From positions 1-40,168 of the forward strand of contig JBNKUM010000117.1 in the NCBI GenBank assembly GCA_050298595.1: DNA of 40,168 nucleotides, written 5' to 3'. This DNA is from Gammaproteobacteria bacterium (GTDB lineage: Bacteria; Pseudomonadota; Gammaproteobacteria; GCA-001735895). A model generated the notes under the pieces. The model made no database searches, was not told the origin of the DNA, and worked only from the letters and a program-made list of their open reading frames with translations. Below, in pieces: positions 28,007-37,820 of this stretch; the first letter of the stretch is position 1, and each line of letters begins with the position of its first letter. A program made the translations under genes and the position numbers.

Positions 28007-30025
28007 TTGCCTAGACAAATATTTATATTCACTGCAGGAAACACTGATGCCCGTGAGAATCTTCATAAAACAATTGAAAATCCCATAGACATAAATAATG
28101 CTCTCGATTTATTTCCCGCAGAAAATCATGACGAAATTAGAAAAATTCATGAGAATCATGGACTCTACGCTTGGGGCGCAGTGCCAGGTTCACAAAATAT
28201 ACCGAGGTGGAATAGAATTCAATCTGACGACTGGATGCTATGCGCATATGAGAATACGTATCATTGGGTTTCACAGATTGTGGCGAAGTATGACAATGAA
28301 AAATTTGCAAGAGCAATTTGGGGTGAGGATGGAAATAATAACACTTGGCAATACATGTACTTTCTAACCAAGCCAAAAAAAGTAGAAATACCAGTTCAAC
28401 GACTTGCGGATGTTCTAAATGCACAATATCAGGGCTTTACCCGAATTGGTGATGAACGAATAGGAAACATAGAGTCTCGCTATGGTACAGTTGATGAATT
28501 TATAAAAAATGCTTTTATTGAACGCATAGAAGAATCTGGTATGACAAACACTTATGGGATTATCCGATCCAATGAGGGTTCAGAATGGGGTGATGAAGAG
28601 GGTGATGTATATAAATTTGGAAGTACGGTGCCAAATTATACTCAACTATTGGAAGGTGCTCATGTAGTTGTTGATCGACGCATAAATGGAGAAGTTAAAA
28701 TAATTGGATATGGAGAGCTAGAGAAAGCAGAAAAGTCCGGAGAATATCAAACCGCTAACAGAACGGCGACAAATTATGAAGCAAAGTTTAAAATTTGGAG
28801 AAAATTAGATTCTCCTTTATTAATTCCGCAAGATATATTGAGAAAAATCCAGTCGCTCCCTAGCTACAATATCCAACATGCGATTCGCATAGTAAATGAA
28901 GAAATATATATGTCTTTAATTAACAGTGATGGTGGTGTCGAACCAGAGGCTAGCGATATGGAAGAACTCGTAAGGCACTGTTCGAATTACCTGTTATCAA
29001 AAGGATTTCATTTTGAGAGAGACGATATTGCCAATTTGTTTTTATCCTTAAAATCTAAACCATTTGTAATACTCGCGGGTATTTCAGGTACAGGGAAATC
29101 TAAAATCATTCAATTGATTGGCGACGCTATAGGAGCAAAAGTCATTCTTATACCAGTAAAGCCAGACTGGAGTGACAATACTGACCTGATGGGTTATGAA
29201 GATTTTCAACAACAGTTCCGGCCTGCGCGGCTTACTAGAGCGCTTGTCCAGGCACATGAAAACCCGGATGTGCCGTATTTTATTCTTCTAGATGAAATGA
29301 ATTTGGCGAGAGTAGAGCATTATTTCAGTGATTTCCTTAGCGTGATGGAAACCCGCGATTGGGGAGAAAATAATAAAATAATCTCGAAAAATATTTGTGA
29401 AGATGGTGGCTCGAATGTTATTCCGTGCGAGGAAAAAGCGCTCATCGAAAGCTATTTGAAAAAAGGGCTAACTATTCCGCAGAATGTATATATTTTCGGA
29501 ACGGTAAATATGGATGAAACTACACACCCATTCAGCAGAAAAGTCTTGGACAGAGCGAATACCATAGAATTTAATCGGATAGACTTAAGGTTTGATCCAT
29601 TACAGATTGGTGAAGAACCAAGTGGGGAATTGAATACGCTACGCAATGAGGCTTTAGTGTCTCCTTTCTTAACGTTAAGTGATGCCTATGAAGAAGATCC
29701 TAAATTATTTAATGAGGTAATTGATGAACTTGTTGTCATCAATAGCATTTTAGAAAAACGAGGATTTCATGTAGGCTATCGGCTTCGCGATGAGGTTTGT
29801 TTTTACATGTATTTGAACAAAAAAAGCGAACTATTGGATCGAAATATTGCGTTGGATTACCAAATACACCAAAAGGTACTACCAAGAATATTTGGTGGCG
29901 AAGAAGTACGTGATGTATTAACAGAATTGCGTACTCATTGTAATTCTGTCTATCCAATGTCATCAAGTAAAATCGACTTTATGATAAATAGGCTAGATCA
30001 TGGCTTTACCAGCTTCTGGCTATAG
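28007..30025 (+). CDS. mcrB: McrB-family AAA+ GTPase with a long N-terminal region (probably two EVE/PUA-like reader domains)
   Basis: Walker A GISGTGKS, Walker B LLDEMNLARVEHYFSDFLS, GTVNMDETT, KVLDRAN, C-terminal GFTSFW. Confidence 0.9.
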   Translation: MPRQIFIFTAGNTDARENLHKTIENPIDINNALDLFPAENHDEIRKIHENHGLYAWGAVPGSQNIPRWNRIQSDDWMLCAYENTYHWVSQIVAKYDNEKFARAIWGEDGNNNTWQYMYFLTKPKKVEIPVQRLADVLNAQYQGFTRIGDERIGNIESRYGTVDEFIKNAFIERIEESGMTNTYGIIRSNEGSEWGDEEGDVYKFGSTVPNYTQLLEGAHVVVDRRINGEVKIIGYGELEKAEKSGEYQTANRTATNYEAKFKIWRKLDSPLLIPQDILRKIQSLPSYNIQHAIRIVNEEIYMSLINSDGGVEPEASDMEELVRHCSNYLLSKGFHFERDDIANLFLSLKSKPFVILAGISGTGKSKIIQLIGDAIGAKVILIPVKPDWSDNTDLMGYEDFQQQFRPARLTRALVQAHENPDVPYFILLDEMNLARVEHYFSDFLSVMETRDWGENNKIISKNICEDGGSNVIPCEEKALIESYLKKGLTIPQNVYIFGTVNMDETTHPFSRKVLDRANTIEFNRIDLRFDPLQIGEEPSGELNTLRNEALVSPFLTLSDAYEEDPKLFNEVIDELVVINSILEKRGFHVGYRLRDEVCFYMYLNKKSELLDRNIALDYQIHQKVLPRIFGGEEVRDVLTELRTHCNSVYPMSSSKIDFMINRLDHGFTSFWL

Positions 30026-32441
30026 TAAATCTCGTTCAGAGCTATTATTTGCCCGATGCGATGGTTTCACCATTTCATTGAAAGGGCCAAAAGTTCATGC
30101 AAAAGTAGGTAGGCTAGAATTACACAGCAACGTCACTAGTAAAATACGTATCGAAGGCCCTGATTTCCATTCTCTGTCTACCCCGGGCATTGAAACTGAC
30201 GAATCAAACGTAGAAATTCCTGCCCCGTTATTTTTTGAGGAAACCGACTACGAACTTATTGTAGAAAAACTTGATTTAGGTGACTCGGTAGATTTTTATC
30301 ATCGAACCCAATCGCTAAGAAATGCATATGGCAAGGTTGGCCGTTCGGGTAATGTTTCTTCAGCAATACTGAATTTTGGAAGTCAGGTAGGATATTCTGA
30401 ACTCGTGTTTTCTCGGGCGGGAAGAAAAGCTGTTTCAATTATTATTGAAATATTTCCAACAAAAATCGACTATCAAAAAGACTGGAAAGAACTCCTTGAA
30501 CGTATTTCAAGTTCGTTATTTAGTCTGGCATATGGATTTCTTACTAGTACATTCCAGACTGGCAAAGTAGCGCCAGAGCCTACCAAGACACTAGGTCAGT
30601 GGTATTCATTATTGGAACCTAGGTTTGAGGAATTGCTGCAGTCTGTGGATTACATCGCAAGAAATCCGAACTGTACTATTGTTAAACATTATACAGTACG
30701 ACCACTTGCTCAAGTTAGGCACCCAGACAGGTCCGTTCGCCGTTGGTTGCAAAGGCATCCTCACGCAATGGATAAAGTACCGACTAATACTCCAGGAAGT
30801 ATACAAACCATTTTAGGATCGTATTTGCCGAGAAGACTACCAGAGTCAAAGGCAAAGCTGACGTTTGATACACGTGAAAATAGATTTCTGAAAAAACTAC
30901 TAGAAAATGTGATTATGAAACTTAGTAGGTTAGAACAGGTATATAGACAAAATTGTGAGGGTTTCAATGGTAGGACGTTAGATGAAGAATTCATAACTAA
31001 AGTGAAAAACCAGCAGGGGCAACTTCGTAGGCGTCTTCTGTATGACTTTTTGGCAGAAGTAGAATCAAGGCCATACGAAGGACAATTAAGCACCGTTTTA
31101 CAATTTTCGCCAGGTTACAGGAACGTATTTGAAGTTGGTTTGGTATTGCAGCTTGGATTAGTTCTGTCTGAGGGTATTGAGCGAATTGAGTTGAAAAACG
31201 TTCACGAATTGTACGAAATCTGGTGTTTTCTTGAGCTTGATAAAATTTTGAGCGAATTAACTGTGGCAAAAACTAATTCAGTAGCTCCTTTTGAGAATAA
31301 AGAGTTGTATTGGGCGCTAGTACGAAATAAAGAAGGTGGCGCAAAATATAAAAATATTTTAGGGGATGAAATTCTTCTCCAATACAACACTTCAGAATCC
31401 ACACCCACAGGATCACACCGCCCTGACAACTTGCTGAGTATTAAAAAAGCTGGTTCGGAACACCCATTTCGATTTGTTCTAGATGCAAAGTACCGAATCT
31501 TCGCTGACGGTTACCGTACTGGTCCAATGGTTGATGATATTAATGCAATGCATAGATATCGTGATGCTTTGGTGACGGTGAAAGGAACAGCTAAAAGATC
31601 CGTGACAGAGGCGATTGTTTTATTTCCCGCTGGTGATGAAGAGTCTCACTTATCTAACCAATACTATAAAAGTATAGAAAAAGTTGGGGTTGGAGCATTG
31701 CCGTTTTTACCTGGGAGTAAATTACTAGTCGAGAATCTGCTTAAACGCTGGTTAACAGAACCAACTACAGAGATTGATGAACATAGTGTAGGTGTGGAAA
31801 AACATAGTCGTGATGGTTTAGTTTTGCTTGGTCCGATTAGTCCCAAATTGAAGTTAGAAGATGTTGAAAGGTTGGGGTTTTATCACGTACCTAAAAGACA
31901 GTTGGCACTCGAAAATCGCCCAATTACACATGTCGCTTTATATGAGCCTAAGAGTAACGATCACGGCGGCATAATTCGTAGACTTTATCCGACTATAGGG
32001 TGGGATCTAGTCCCAAGAAATACATTAAATACCCCAGGAAGTGATTATAAAAATAGCGAAATGTACTATCGGATAGATTTAAACATAGAAGAAATAGAAG
32101 AACTAGTTGTTCCTAAGGAGCGTAGGGCATCGCCAGGAATTCGTAACCATAGATATATTCCGTTAAGTGTCTTTGACTCAACAAATATCATTGATGTTAT
32201 GGCCGCAGATGAAGAGGTATCAAAAATGCGCCTTAGAGTTTATCGATATCTGGAATTTATGCGTAACGTAAAAACCTCTGATACCGACGATTGGCAACTA
32301 GAGGTTAGAGGAAGGAGCACAAAAGTGTTAAAAGTAAAAGATAATAATCTTGTTCTTGAGTCTGGTGATCAATCAATAATTCTTGGGATTCTCGATTCTA
32401 ATATCTCCGTAGTACAAATTGTAGATAAGATGATAGTTTGA
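30000..32441 (+). CDS. mcrC: McrC-like nuclease (DUF2357 plus PD-(D/E)xK) with a C-terminal extension
   Basis: FDTRENRFLK, LYEIWCFL, RPDN..LDAKYR and INAMHRYRDAL; overlaps mcrB by 26 bp. Confidence 0.87.
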   Translation: MALPASGYSKSRSELLFARCDGFTISLKGPKVHAKVGRLELHSNVTSKIRIEGPDFHSLSTPGIETDESNVEIPAPLFFEETDYELIVEKLDLGDSVDFYHRTQSLRNAYGKVGRSGNVSSAILNFGSQVGYSELVFSRAGRKAVSIIIEIFPTKIDYQKDWKELLERISSSLFSLAYGFLTSTFQTGKVAPEPTKTLGQWYSLLEPRFEELLQSVDYIARNPNCTIVKHYTVRPLAQVRHPDRSVRRWLQRHPHAMDKVPTNTPGSIQTILGSYLPRRLPESKAKLTFDTRENRFLKKLLENVIMKLSRLEQVYRQNCEGFNGRTLDEEFITKVKNQQGQLRRRLLYDFLAEVESRPYEGQLSTVLQFSPGYRNVFEVGLVLQLGLVLSEGIERIELKNVHELYEIWCFLELDKILSELTVAKTNSVAPFENKELYWALVRNKEGGAKYKNILGDEILLQYNTSESTPTGSHRPDNLLSIKKAGSEHPFRFVLDAKYRIFADGYRTGPMVDDINAMHRYRDALVTVKGTAKRSVTEAIVLFPAGDEESHLSNQYYKSIEKVGVGALPFLPGSKLLVENLLKRWLTEPTTEIDEHSVGVEKHSRDGLVLLGPISPKLKLEDVERLGFYHVPKRQLALENRPITHVALYEPKSNDHGGIIRRLYPTIGWDLVPRNTLNTPGSDYKNSEMYYRIDLNIEEIEELVVPKERRASPGIRNHRYIPLSVFDSTNIIDVMAADEEVSKMRLRVYRYLEFMRNVKTSDTDDWQLEVRGRSTKVLKVKDNNLVLESGDQSIILGILDSNISVVQIVDKMIV

Positions 32442-32507
32442 AAAATTAGGCGATAAAATTTGGAAAGATAAGTATCCGTAGATAATAATTATTGTAAATA
32501 AATTTAC

Positions 32508-33734
32508 ATGTTTAATACATTCTATAATGAGAAAAAAAGTAACTACAAAGGTTTGTTGGAAGCAGCTCCCGCCATCCCCGGCTCCCGCGGCACTCGAACC
32601 TCCATGTTCATCGCGCATGCACAGGACGTGAAAGGCGGTGCCGGGCAATACTTTACCCCGCGCCCGCTAATTCAGGCGATGGTGGAAGTAATGCAACCCA
32701 AACCCACCGACATCGTGGCCGATCCTGCTTGTGGAACCGGCGGCTTTTTATTGGCCGAGCATGATTACATGGCGACACAGGCCACCTCCAAAAAAGAACA
32801 ACGTCATCTCAAAGAACACGCCTTACACGGTAACGATATAGTTGATAGCGTGGTGAGGCTTTGTGCCATGACAAATCGGCAGGATAGCCGATTTGGTCGC
32901 ACGCAGTGCGCCCGAAGGGCGGAGGTGCAGAGATGTCCCGACTACAACTTATACCTGCATGGTATAGGTGGTGATGAGTGTCCAGTCACTTCAAATGATG
33001 CCCTGGCCAAAGAAGTTGGGGATGACCGTGTCGATATGGTCCTGGCCAATCCGCCCTTTGGTAAAAAGAGCTCCATTACCGTCATCAACGAAAAGAGCGG
33101 TAAAAAAGAACAGGAAAAGCTGGTCTATGAGCGAGAAGACTTTTGGGCCACCACCTCCAACATGCTCAAGATCAACGGTAAAGCCGCCGTAGTGGTGCCG
33201 GATAACGTATTGTTTGAAGGCGGTGCAGGGGAAAACGTTAGAAAGAATTTGTTAGAACGAACAGACTTACACACTCTGCTACGTCTACCGACAGGGATAT
33301 TCTATGCACAAGGCGTTAAAGCTAATGTGATTTTCTTCGATGCCAAACCTGCATCAAAAACCGCCTGGACCAAAAAGCTCTGGATCTATGATTTTCGCAC
33401 CAATGTGCATATGACCCTCAAAACCAAGAAGCTGGTAAAGAATGATTTTGATGAGTTCATTAAGTGCTTTAAAGCAGATGACCGGAGTAAGCGCCGAGAA
33501 TCAAATAAGATAGATCGCTGGAAATCTTTTACCTACGATGAAATCATCGCCCGCGACAAAACCAACCTGGATATCTTTTGGCTCAGAGGTGAATCATTGG
33601 AAGATACGGATAACCTGCCTGCACCAGAAATACTGGCTGCAGAGATTGTGGAGCAACTAGAAGCTGCTTTGACAGAATTTAGGAGTGTTGAAGACGTGTT
33701 GGCTATAAATAATGTAACCGGTGAGGTTGACTAA
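32508..33734 (+). pseudogene. hsdM: Type I methyltransferase subunit M, N-terminally truncated, with two in-frame insertions and an internal deletion
   Basis: GQYFTPR, DPACGTGGF, NPPF and LRLPTGIFYAQGV present. HsdM-like sequence begins only at YKGLLE, and the usual KQLNF.QH segment after WATTSN is missing. Confidence 0.82.
32871..32945 (+). mobile_element. 75-bp multi-hairpin mini-element inserted in frame in hsdM
   Basis: Splits the conserved LCAM/NLYLHG motif; homologous to 27493..27567. Confidence 0.8.
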
Positions 33735-34669
33735 TGGCTATTCCAAAGTTTAATGAAATTATGCCGGCTGTATTGGCTGAGCTCGCGAAAGATAATGTAG
33801 GAACAATTGAATGGAAGCAGCTTGAATCGCCTTTGGCTAGGATTTTTCAGTTAACAGAAGAAGAGCAAGCAACCGAATATGAGTCGGGAAATGGCCGGAT
33901 CTTTTTGGATAGAATAAGTTGGGCATTGAGCTATTTGTCCATAGTTAAACTGATCGAGCGGCCTAAAAGAGGGTACTGCAAAATATCGGATTTGGGGAGA
34001 TCTTTTGCTGGCAATGAATCGGAAATAAAGAAGTACGTAAAAGAAAAAATTGCTGAACATGAGGCACAAAAGAAAGCATCGAAAGCAGAAGCTGGTAATG
34101 GGGAAAAAAGCGAGGGGTTAAATTCAGAAGTTACTCCTGATGAAGCGCTCGACCATGCTGCACAAGATATTCGTGAAAAAGTCTATGAAGATATACTCGA
34201 TACGATTCTCACTAAAACACCTTATGAATTTGAAAAATTGGTGGTTAAGTTGTTGGATAAGATGGGATATGGAGGTCAGGTTAAAGATGCAGCTGAAGTG
34301 ACTCAAGCATCAAATGATGGTGGTATAGACGGTATTATAAAAGAAGATGTTCTAGGTCTTGGTAAAATTCATATACAGGCAAAGCGCTATGCTAGGGAAA
34401 ATACAGTAGGTAGAGAAGAGATTCAGAAATTTGTAGGGGCGTTGGCAGTAGCTCAATCTAATAAGGGTGTTTTTATTACCACTTCATCATATACAAAAGG
34501 AGCTAGGGATTATGCTCAAAGCTTGAACGGTACAACGAATGTTGTACTCATTGATGGTGTGAAATTAGCTGAGTATATCTACACCTATAGTTTGGGTATG
34601 CAGACAGAACAAGTTATAGAAATAAAAAAGTTAGATGCTGATTTTTGGGATGCAATGCAAGAAGATTAA
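33734..34669 (+). CDS. mrr: Mrr restriction endonuclease (Mrr_N plus Mrr_cat)
   Basis: DRISWALSYL..RPKRG; FEKLVVKLL..MGY; DGGIDG..IQAKRY; GVFITTS. Confidence 0.93.
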   Translation: MAIPKFNEIMPAVLAELAKDNVGTIEWKQLESPLARIFQLTEEEQATEYESGNGRIFLDRISWALSYLSIVKLIERPKRGYCKISDLGRSFAGNESEIKKYVKEKIAEHEAQKKASKAEAGNGEKSEGLNSEVTPDEALDHAAQDIREKVYEDILDTILTKTPYEFEKLVVKLLDKMGYGGQVKDAAEVTQASNDGGIDGIIKEDVLGLGKIHIQAKRYARENTVGREEIQKFVGALAVAQSNKGVFITTSSYTKGARDYAQSLNGTTNVVLIDGVKLAEYIYTYSLGMQTEQVIEIKKLDADFWDAMQED

Positions 34670-34715
34670 TACTTTTAATCAAATAAAAAATCAAACATGA
34701 TGGTTCTCTAAAAAA

Positions 34716-35546
34716 ATGGCAAGAAGAAAGGATTCAATTTTAAAAGACGTATTCGATTTGACAGCCCTGTTTCCCTGGTGGGTTGGCGTTGTTCTAGCTG
34801 CGGTGTCATATTTTCTTATTCACTACATTTCAACCATTCAAGTTGAACAGGTTAGTGGGTTAGATGCATTAGGCCCATATGTTTTTAAACAGCTAGCCGT
34901 AAACCTTTCAAAATACCTTCAATTTATTATGCCTTTAATATTTCTATTAGGGGCTTTGTATTCCTTAATACTGGGGCAGCGTAAAAATAAGCTTTACTCA
35001 AGTGTGAAAAATAATCCAAAACGTCAAGCATTGCTTGAGATGGATTGGCAAGAATTTGAATTACTTGTAGGTAAATACTTCGAGACAAAGGGATATACGG
35101 TAAAGCAATTACCTTCATCTGGTCCAGATGGTGGTGTTGATCTGGTAGCAATCAAAGACGGTGAGCGGTATCTTGTTCAATGCAAGCAATGGCGATCAAC
35201 AAGCGTTGGAGTAAAGATAGTCAGAGAGTTACTTGGTGTAATCTCAGCAACTGGAGCTGTTGGAGGTTTTGTTGTTTCTTCTGGAAAGTTCACACGGGAT
35301 GCCGAAGCTTTTGCCAGAGGAAGAAATATAGAGTTGATTGATGGAGAAAAGATGGTTTGTACAATTGGCTCTGATGTATCGAGTAATTCTTTCGAAGTTG
35401 CTGATGAGTCTGAGACTCATATACCCACTTGCCCTAAATGTGGTTCTGCTATGGTTATCCGATTGGCGAAAAAAGGAGTCAATGCTGGTAATGAGTTTTG
35501 GGGGTGTAGTACCTATCCAAAATGTAAGGGTACGGTCAACATATGA
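34716..35546 (+). CDS. Membrane-anchored Mrr_cat nuclease with C-terminal topoisomerase-type C4 zinc ribbon
   Basis: Two N-terminal TMs; WQEFE..DGGVDL..VQCKQW; CPKCG..FWGCSTYPKC. Confidence 0.9.
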   Translation: MARRKDSILKDVFDLTALFPWWVGVVLAAVSYFLIHYISTIQVEQVSGLDALGPYVFKQLAVNLSKYLQFIMPLIFLLGALYSLILGQRKNKLYSSVKNNPKRQALLEMDWQEFELLVGKYFETKGYTVKQLPSSGPDGGVDLVAIKDGERYLVQCKQWRSTSVGVKIVRELLGVISATGAVGGFVVSSGKFTRDAEAFARGRNIELIDGEKMVCTIGSDVSSNSFEVADESETHIPTCPKCGSAMVIRLAKKGVNAGNEFWGCSTYPKCKGTVNI

Positions 35547-36391
35547 ATTATAAATCTGCATTCAGCCAGTACATACATGCCACCAACATTACAGGCAGTA
35601 ATAAAGCAGCATCTTATATTCAAGCACTCAACTGGCTAAGCAAAATACTAACTACAGAGCCCTTAGGTTTTAAAGACTGTATAGATATATGGTCTGTTGA
35701 TTCAGTAGATCGATTACATGAGTTGTATCTGTTTGTGTTGCAAGAAGCCAGAAAAGGGAATGATAGCGTGTGGAATATTGAAGGCATTCCAACAAGCTAC
35801 TTACAGAAAGGTTATTGTTCGGCTGCACTTAAAAGTTACCAAGAATTCCATGTTGAATATGCTTATCAACAGGAGCTTTTAAAAGCTTTCGATGAGTATA
35901 AAGGTGATGAATCAGGTGTTGCCGAAAAACTAGATAGAGAAATGAAATATCCCAAGTTCTTACTAGAAGGTCTGGATAAGAAGCAAGGAAAGGACGTTCA
36001 TCGACTGGTGAAGACCAGGGTGAATCAGGAGGTTTTTAGAAAAATCATCTTGGGTCTGTATAACGAGACTTGCTGTATTACAGGATTGAATATCCCAACT
36101 GTAAATCGAGCAAGTCATATTGTGCGTTGGGCTGGGAATGAAAAGGAGCGTTTAGATCCCTGCAACGGTCTTTGCTTATCTGCCACCTATGATGCCGCAT
36201 TTGATAAACACTTGATCAGCTTGGATGATGATTATCGGATCATTATTTCAAAAGAGATTTCTGATTATTATACGAACGATAGTGTTAAAGAGTATTTTCT
36301 AAAAAAAGAAGGCGATAAGATCGCACTGCCTTCTTCATATCTCCCCAGTAAAGAGTATCTGCAAAAGCACAGGGAAAAGTGTAAATTTTAA
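35543..36391 (+). CDS. HNH endonuclease (HNH_2-type) with uncharacterised N-terminal domain
   Basis: RVNQ..FRK..CCITG..ASHI..W..NGLCL..DAAFD; ATGA-coupled to the upstream gene. Confidence 0.88.
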   Translation: MNYKSAFSQYIHATNITGSNKAASYIQALNWLSKILTTEPLGFKDCIDIWSVDSVDRLHELYLFVLQEARKGNDSVWNIEGIPTSYLQKGYCSAALKSYQEFHVEYAYQQELLKAFDEYKGDESGVAEKLDREMKYPKFLLEGLDKKQGKDVHRLVKTRVNQEVFRKIILGLYNETCCITGLNIPTVNRASHIVRWAGNEKERLDPCNGLCLSATYDAAFDKHLISLDDDYRIIISKEISDYYTNDSVKEYFLKKEGDKIALPSSYLPSKEYLQKHREKCKF

Positions 36392-36541
36392 GCTGGTGTA
36401 TCCTACGATTTTCGCTTTAGTCTGAGGCATACAGGTCTTTGTGGTTATTAAGGTTGTAATAACCTGGAAGTTGATGACCGAAAAACCTGGTAATGCCTTC
36501 GATTGGGTAAGGGGCAAATTTAAGCTGGGAATAGTTGCTTC

Positions 36542-36595
36542 TTGACTTTACTCTCCCAATTGCTATTCTTTATTCGCAATTCGCGAATAAAGAAT
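36542..36595 (+). promoter_or_regulatory. Sigma70-like promoter overlapped by a perfect 13-bp inverted repeat (putative operator)
   Basis: TTGACT-N16-TATTCT with TG extension; ATTCTTTATTCGC-N5-GCGAATAAAGAAT at 36565..36595. Confidence 0.65.
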
Positions 36596-36601
36596 GATGA
36601 G

Positions 36602-37123
36602 ATGAATTTAAAGCCCCAGGATGTTCTATTTTTACTGAAACTGGTTTCTATCGGAAAAAAGCCCTGGACCTTTAATCAGTTGGCTCTGGAACTCAGCATG
36701 AGCCCTTCTGAAGTGCATGCAGCAGCAAAAAGAACCCAGGCGGCACGGTTAATGATAAAGGGTAATGAGAGCATTTACGCTAATATAACTAATCTGTCTG
36801 AGTTTTTATTGCGTGGGTTGCAATATGTTTTTATCCCAGAGAGGGGCGAGCTGAACCGGGGTATGCCGACTGCTTATGCCGCGCCGCCCCTGAATTCAAA
36901 GATTGTTTCAAATGATGAGCCGCCTCCTGTATGGCCTGATCCAGAAGGAGAGGTTAGGGGTGAGTCGTTTTCACCTTTGTATAAGTCGGCACCTGTAGCA
37001 GCAAAAAATGATGCAAAGCTCTACGAATTACTTTCGCTAGTGGATTCTATTCGGGGTGGTCGAGCAAGGGAGCGTGAGTTAGCAAAAAAGGAATTACTTA
37101 AGAGACTTGATCAATATGACTAG
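36602..37123 (+). CDS. HTH-containing protein, putative antitoxin / regulator
   Basis: MNLKPQDV..TFNQLALELSMSPSEVH helix-turn-helix; overlaps the next gene. Confidence 0.7.
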   Translation: MNLKPQDVLFLLKLVSIGKKPWTFNQLALELSMSPSEVHAAAKRTQAARLMIKGNESIYANITNLSEFLLRGLQYVFIPERGELNRGMPTAYAAPPLNSKIVSNDEPPPVWPDPEGEVRGESFSPLYKSAPVAAKNDAKLYELLSLVDSIRGGRARERELAKKELLKRLDQYD

Positions 37124-37820
37124 AGCTCAAAACCCTAATCTTGAAATATTGATATTTGCCATTAATCAGTTGGGTGAGTTGGCTGATGAAATGGTGTTTT
37201 TAGGCGGATGCGCAACAGGTTTATTGATAACCGATCCAGCAGCTCCTCCTATACGCATTACTCGGGATGTGGACGCTATTGTGCAGGTGTCTTCACGAGC
37301 TGGTTATTATCAACTCTCAGATAAGTTACGTGCGAAAGGATTCTCAGAAGATAGGAGTGATGGAGCTCCGGTATGTCGGTGGGTTGCTAATAATGTGGTT
37401 CTTGATGTAATGCCGCTTGACTCAGAAATATTGGGATTTGGGAATAAGTGGTATGCGCCAGCGGCTGAAAATGCTGAAATAATAAAACTATCTGATGGCA
37501 AAAAGATTCGTATGGTTTCGGCACCTTATTTTCTGCTGACCAAGCTTGAAGCATTTGATGGACGAGGTGCTGGTGATTATGTTTTAAGCCACGATATGGA
37601 AGATATCATTGCTGTATTGGATGGCAGGCCTGAGATAGTTGATGAGATTAAACTATCTGTTCCAGAGATTAAAAGAGCTTTATCAGAGCGCTTTGAAAGC
37701 TTGCTAAAAGACAGAAGTTTTGTAGAGGCTGTTTCTGGTCATATGCCTACAGATGCTACTAGTCAGGCACGTGTATCAATCATTCTCAAAGCTATAAGCC
37801 AAATAATTGAAATCGCATGA
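37116..37820 (+). CDS. Pol-beta-like nucleotidyltransferase (AbiEii/DUF1814-like), putative toxin
   Basis: FLGGCA..R.TRDVD motif, VLDVMP, KLEAF..R..D.EDI. Confidence 0.72.
   Translation: MTRAQNPNLEILIFAINQLGELADEMVFLGGCATGLLITDPAAPPIRITRDVDAIVQVSSRAGYYQLSDKLRAKGFSEDRSDGAPVCRWVANNVVLDVMPLDSEILGFGNKWYAPAAENAEIIKLSDGKKIRMVSAPYFLLTKLEAFDGRGAGDYVLSHDMEDIIAVLDGRPEIVDEIKLSVPEIKRALSERFESLLKDRSFVEAVSGHMPTDATSQARVSIILKAISQIIEIA

Noticed and set aside
25729-33734. Functional Type I R-M system
   Set aside because: hsdR lacks its C-terminus, hsdM lacks its N-terminus, and no hsdS is present in the window.
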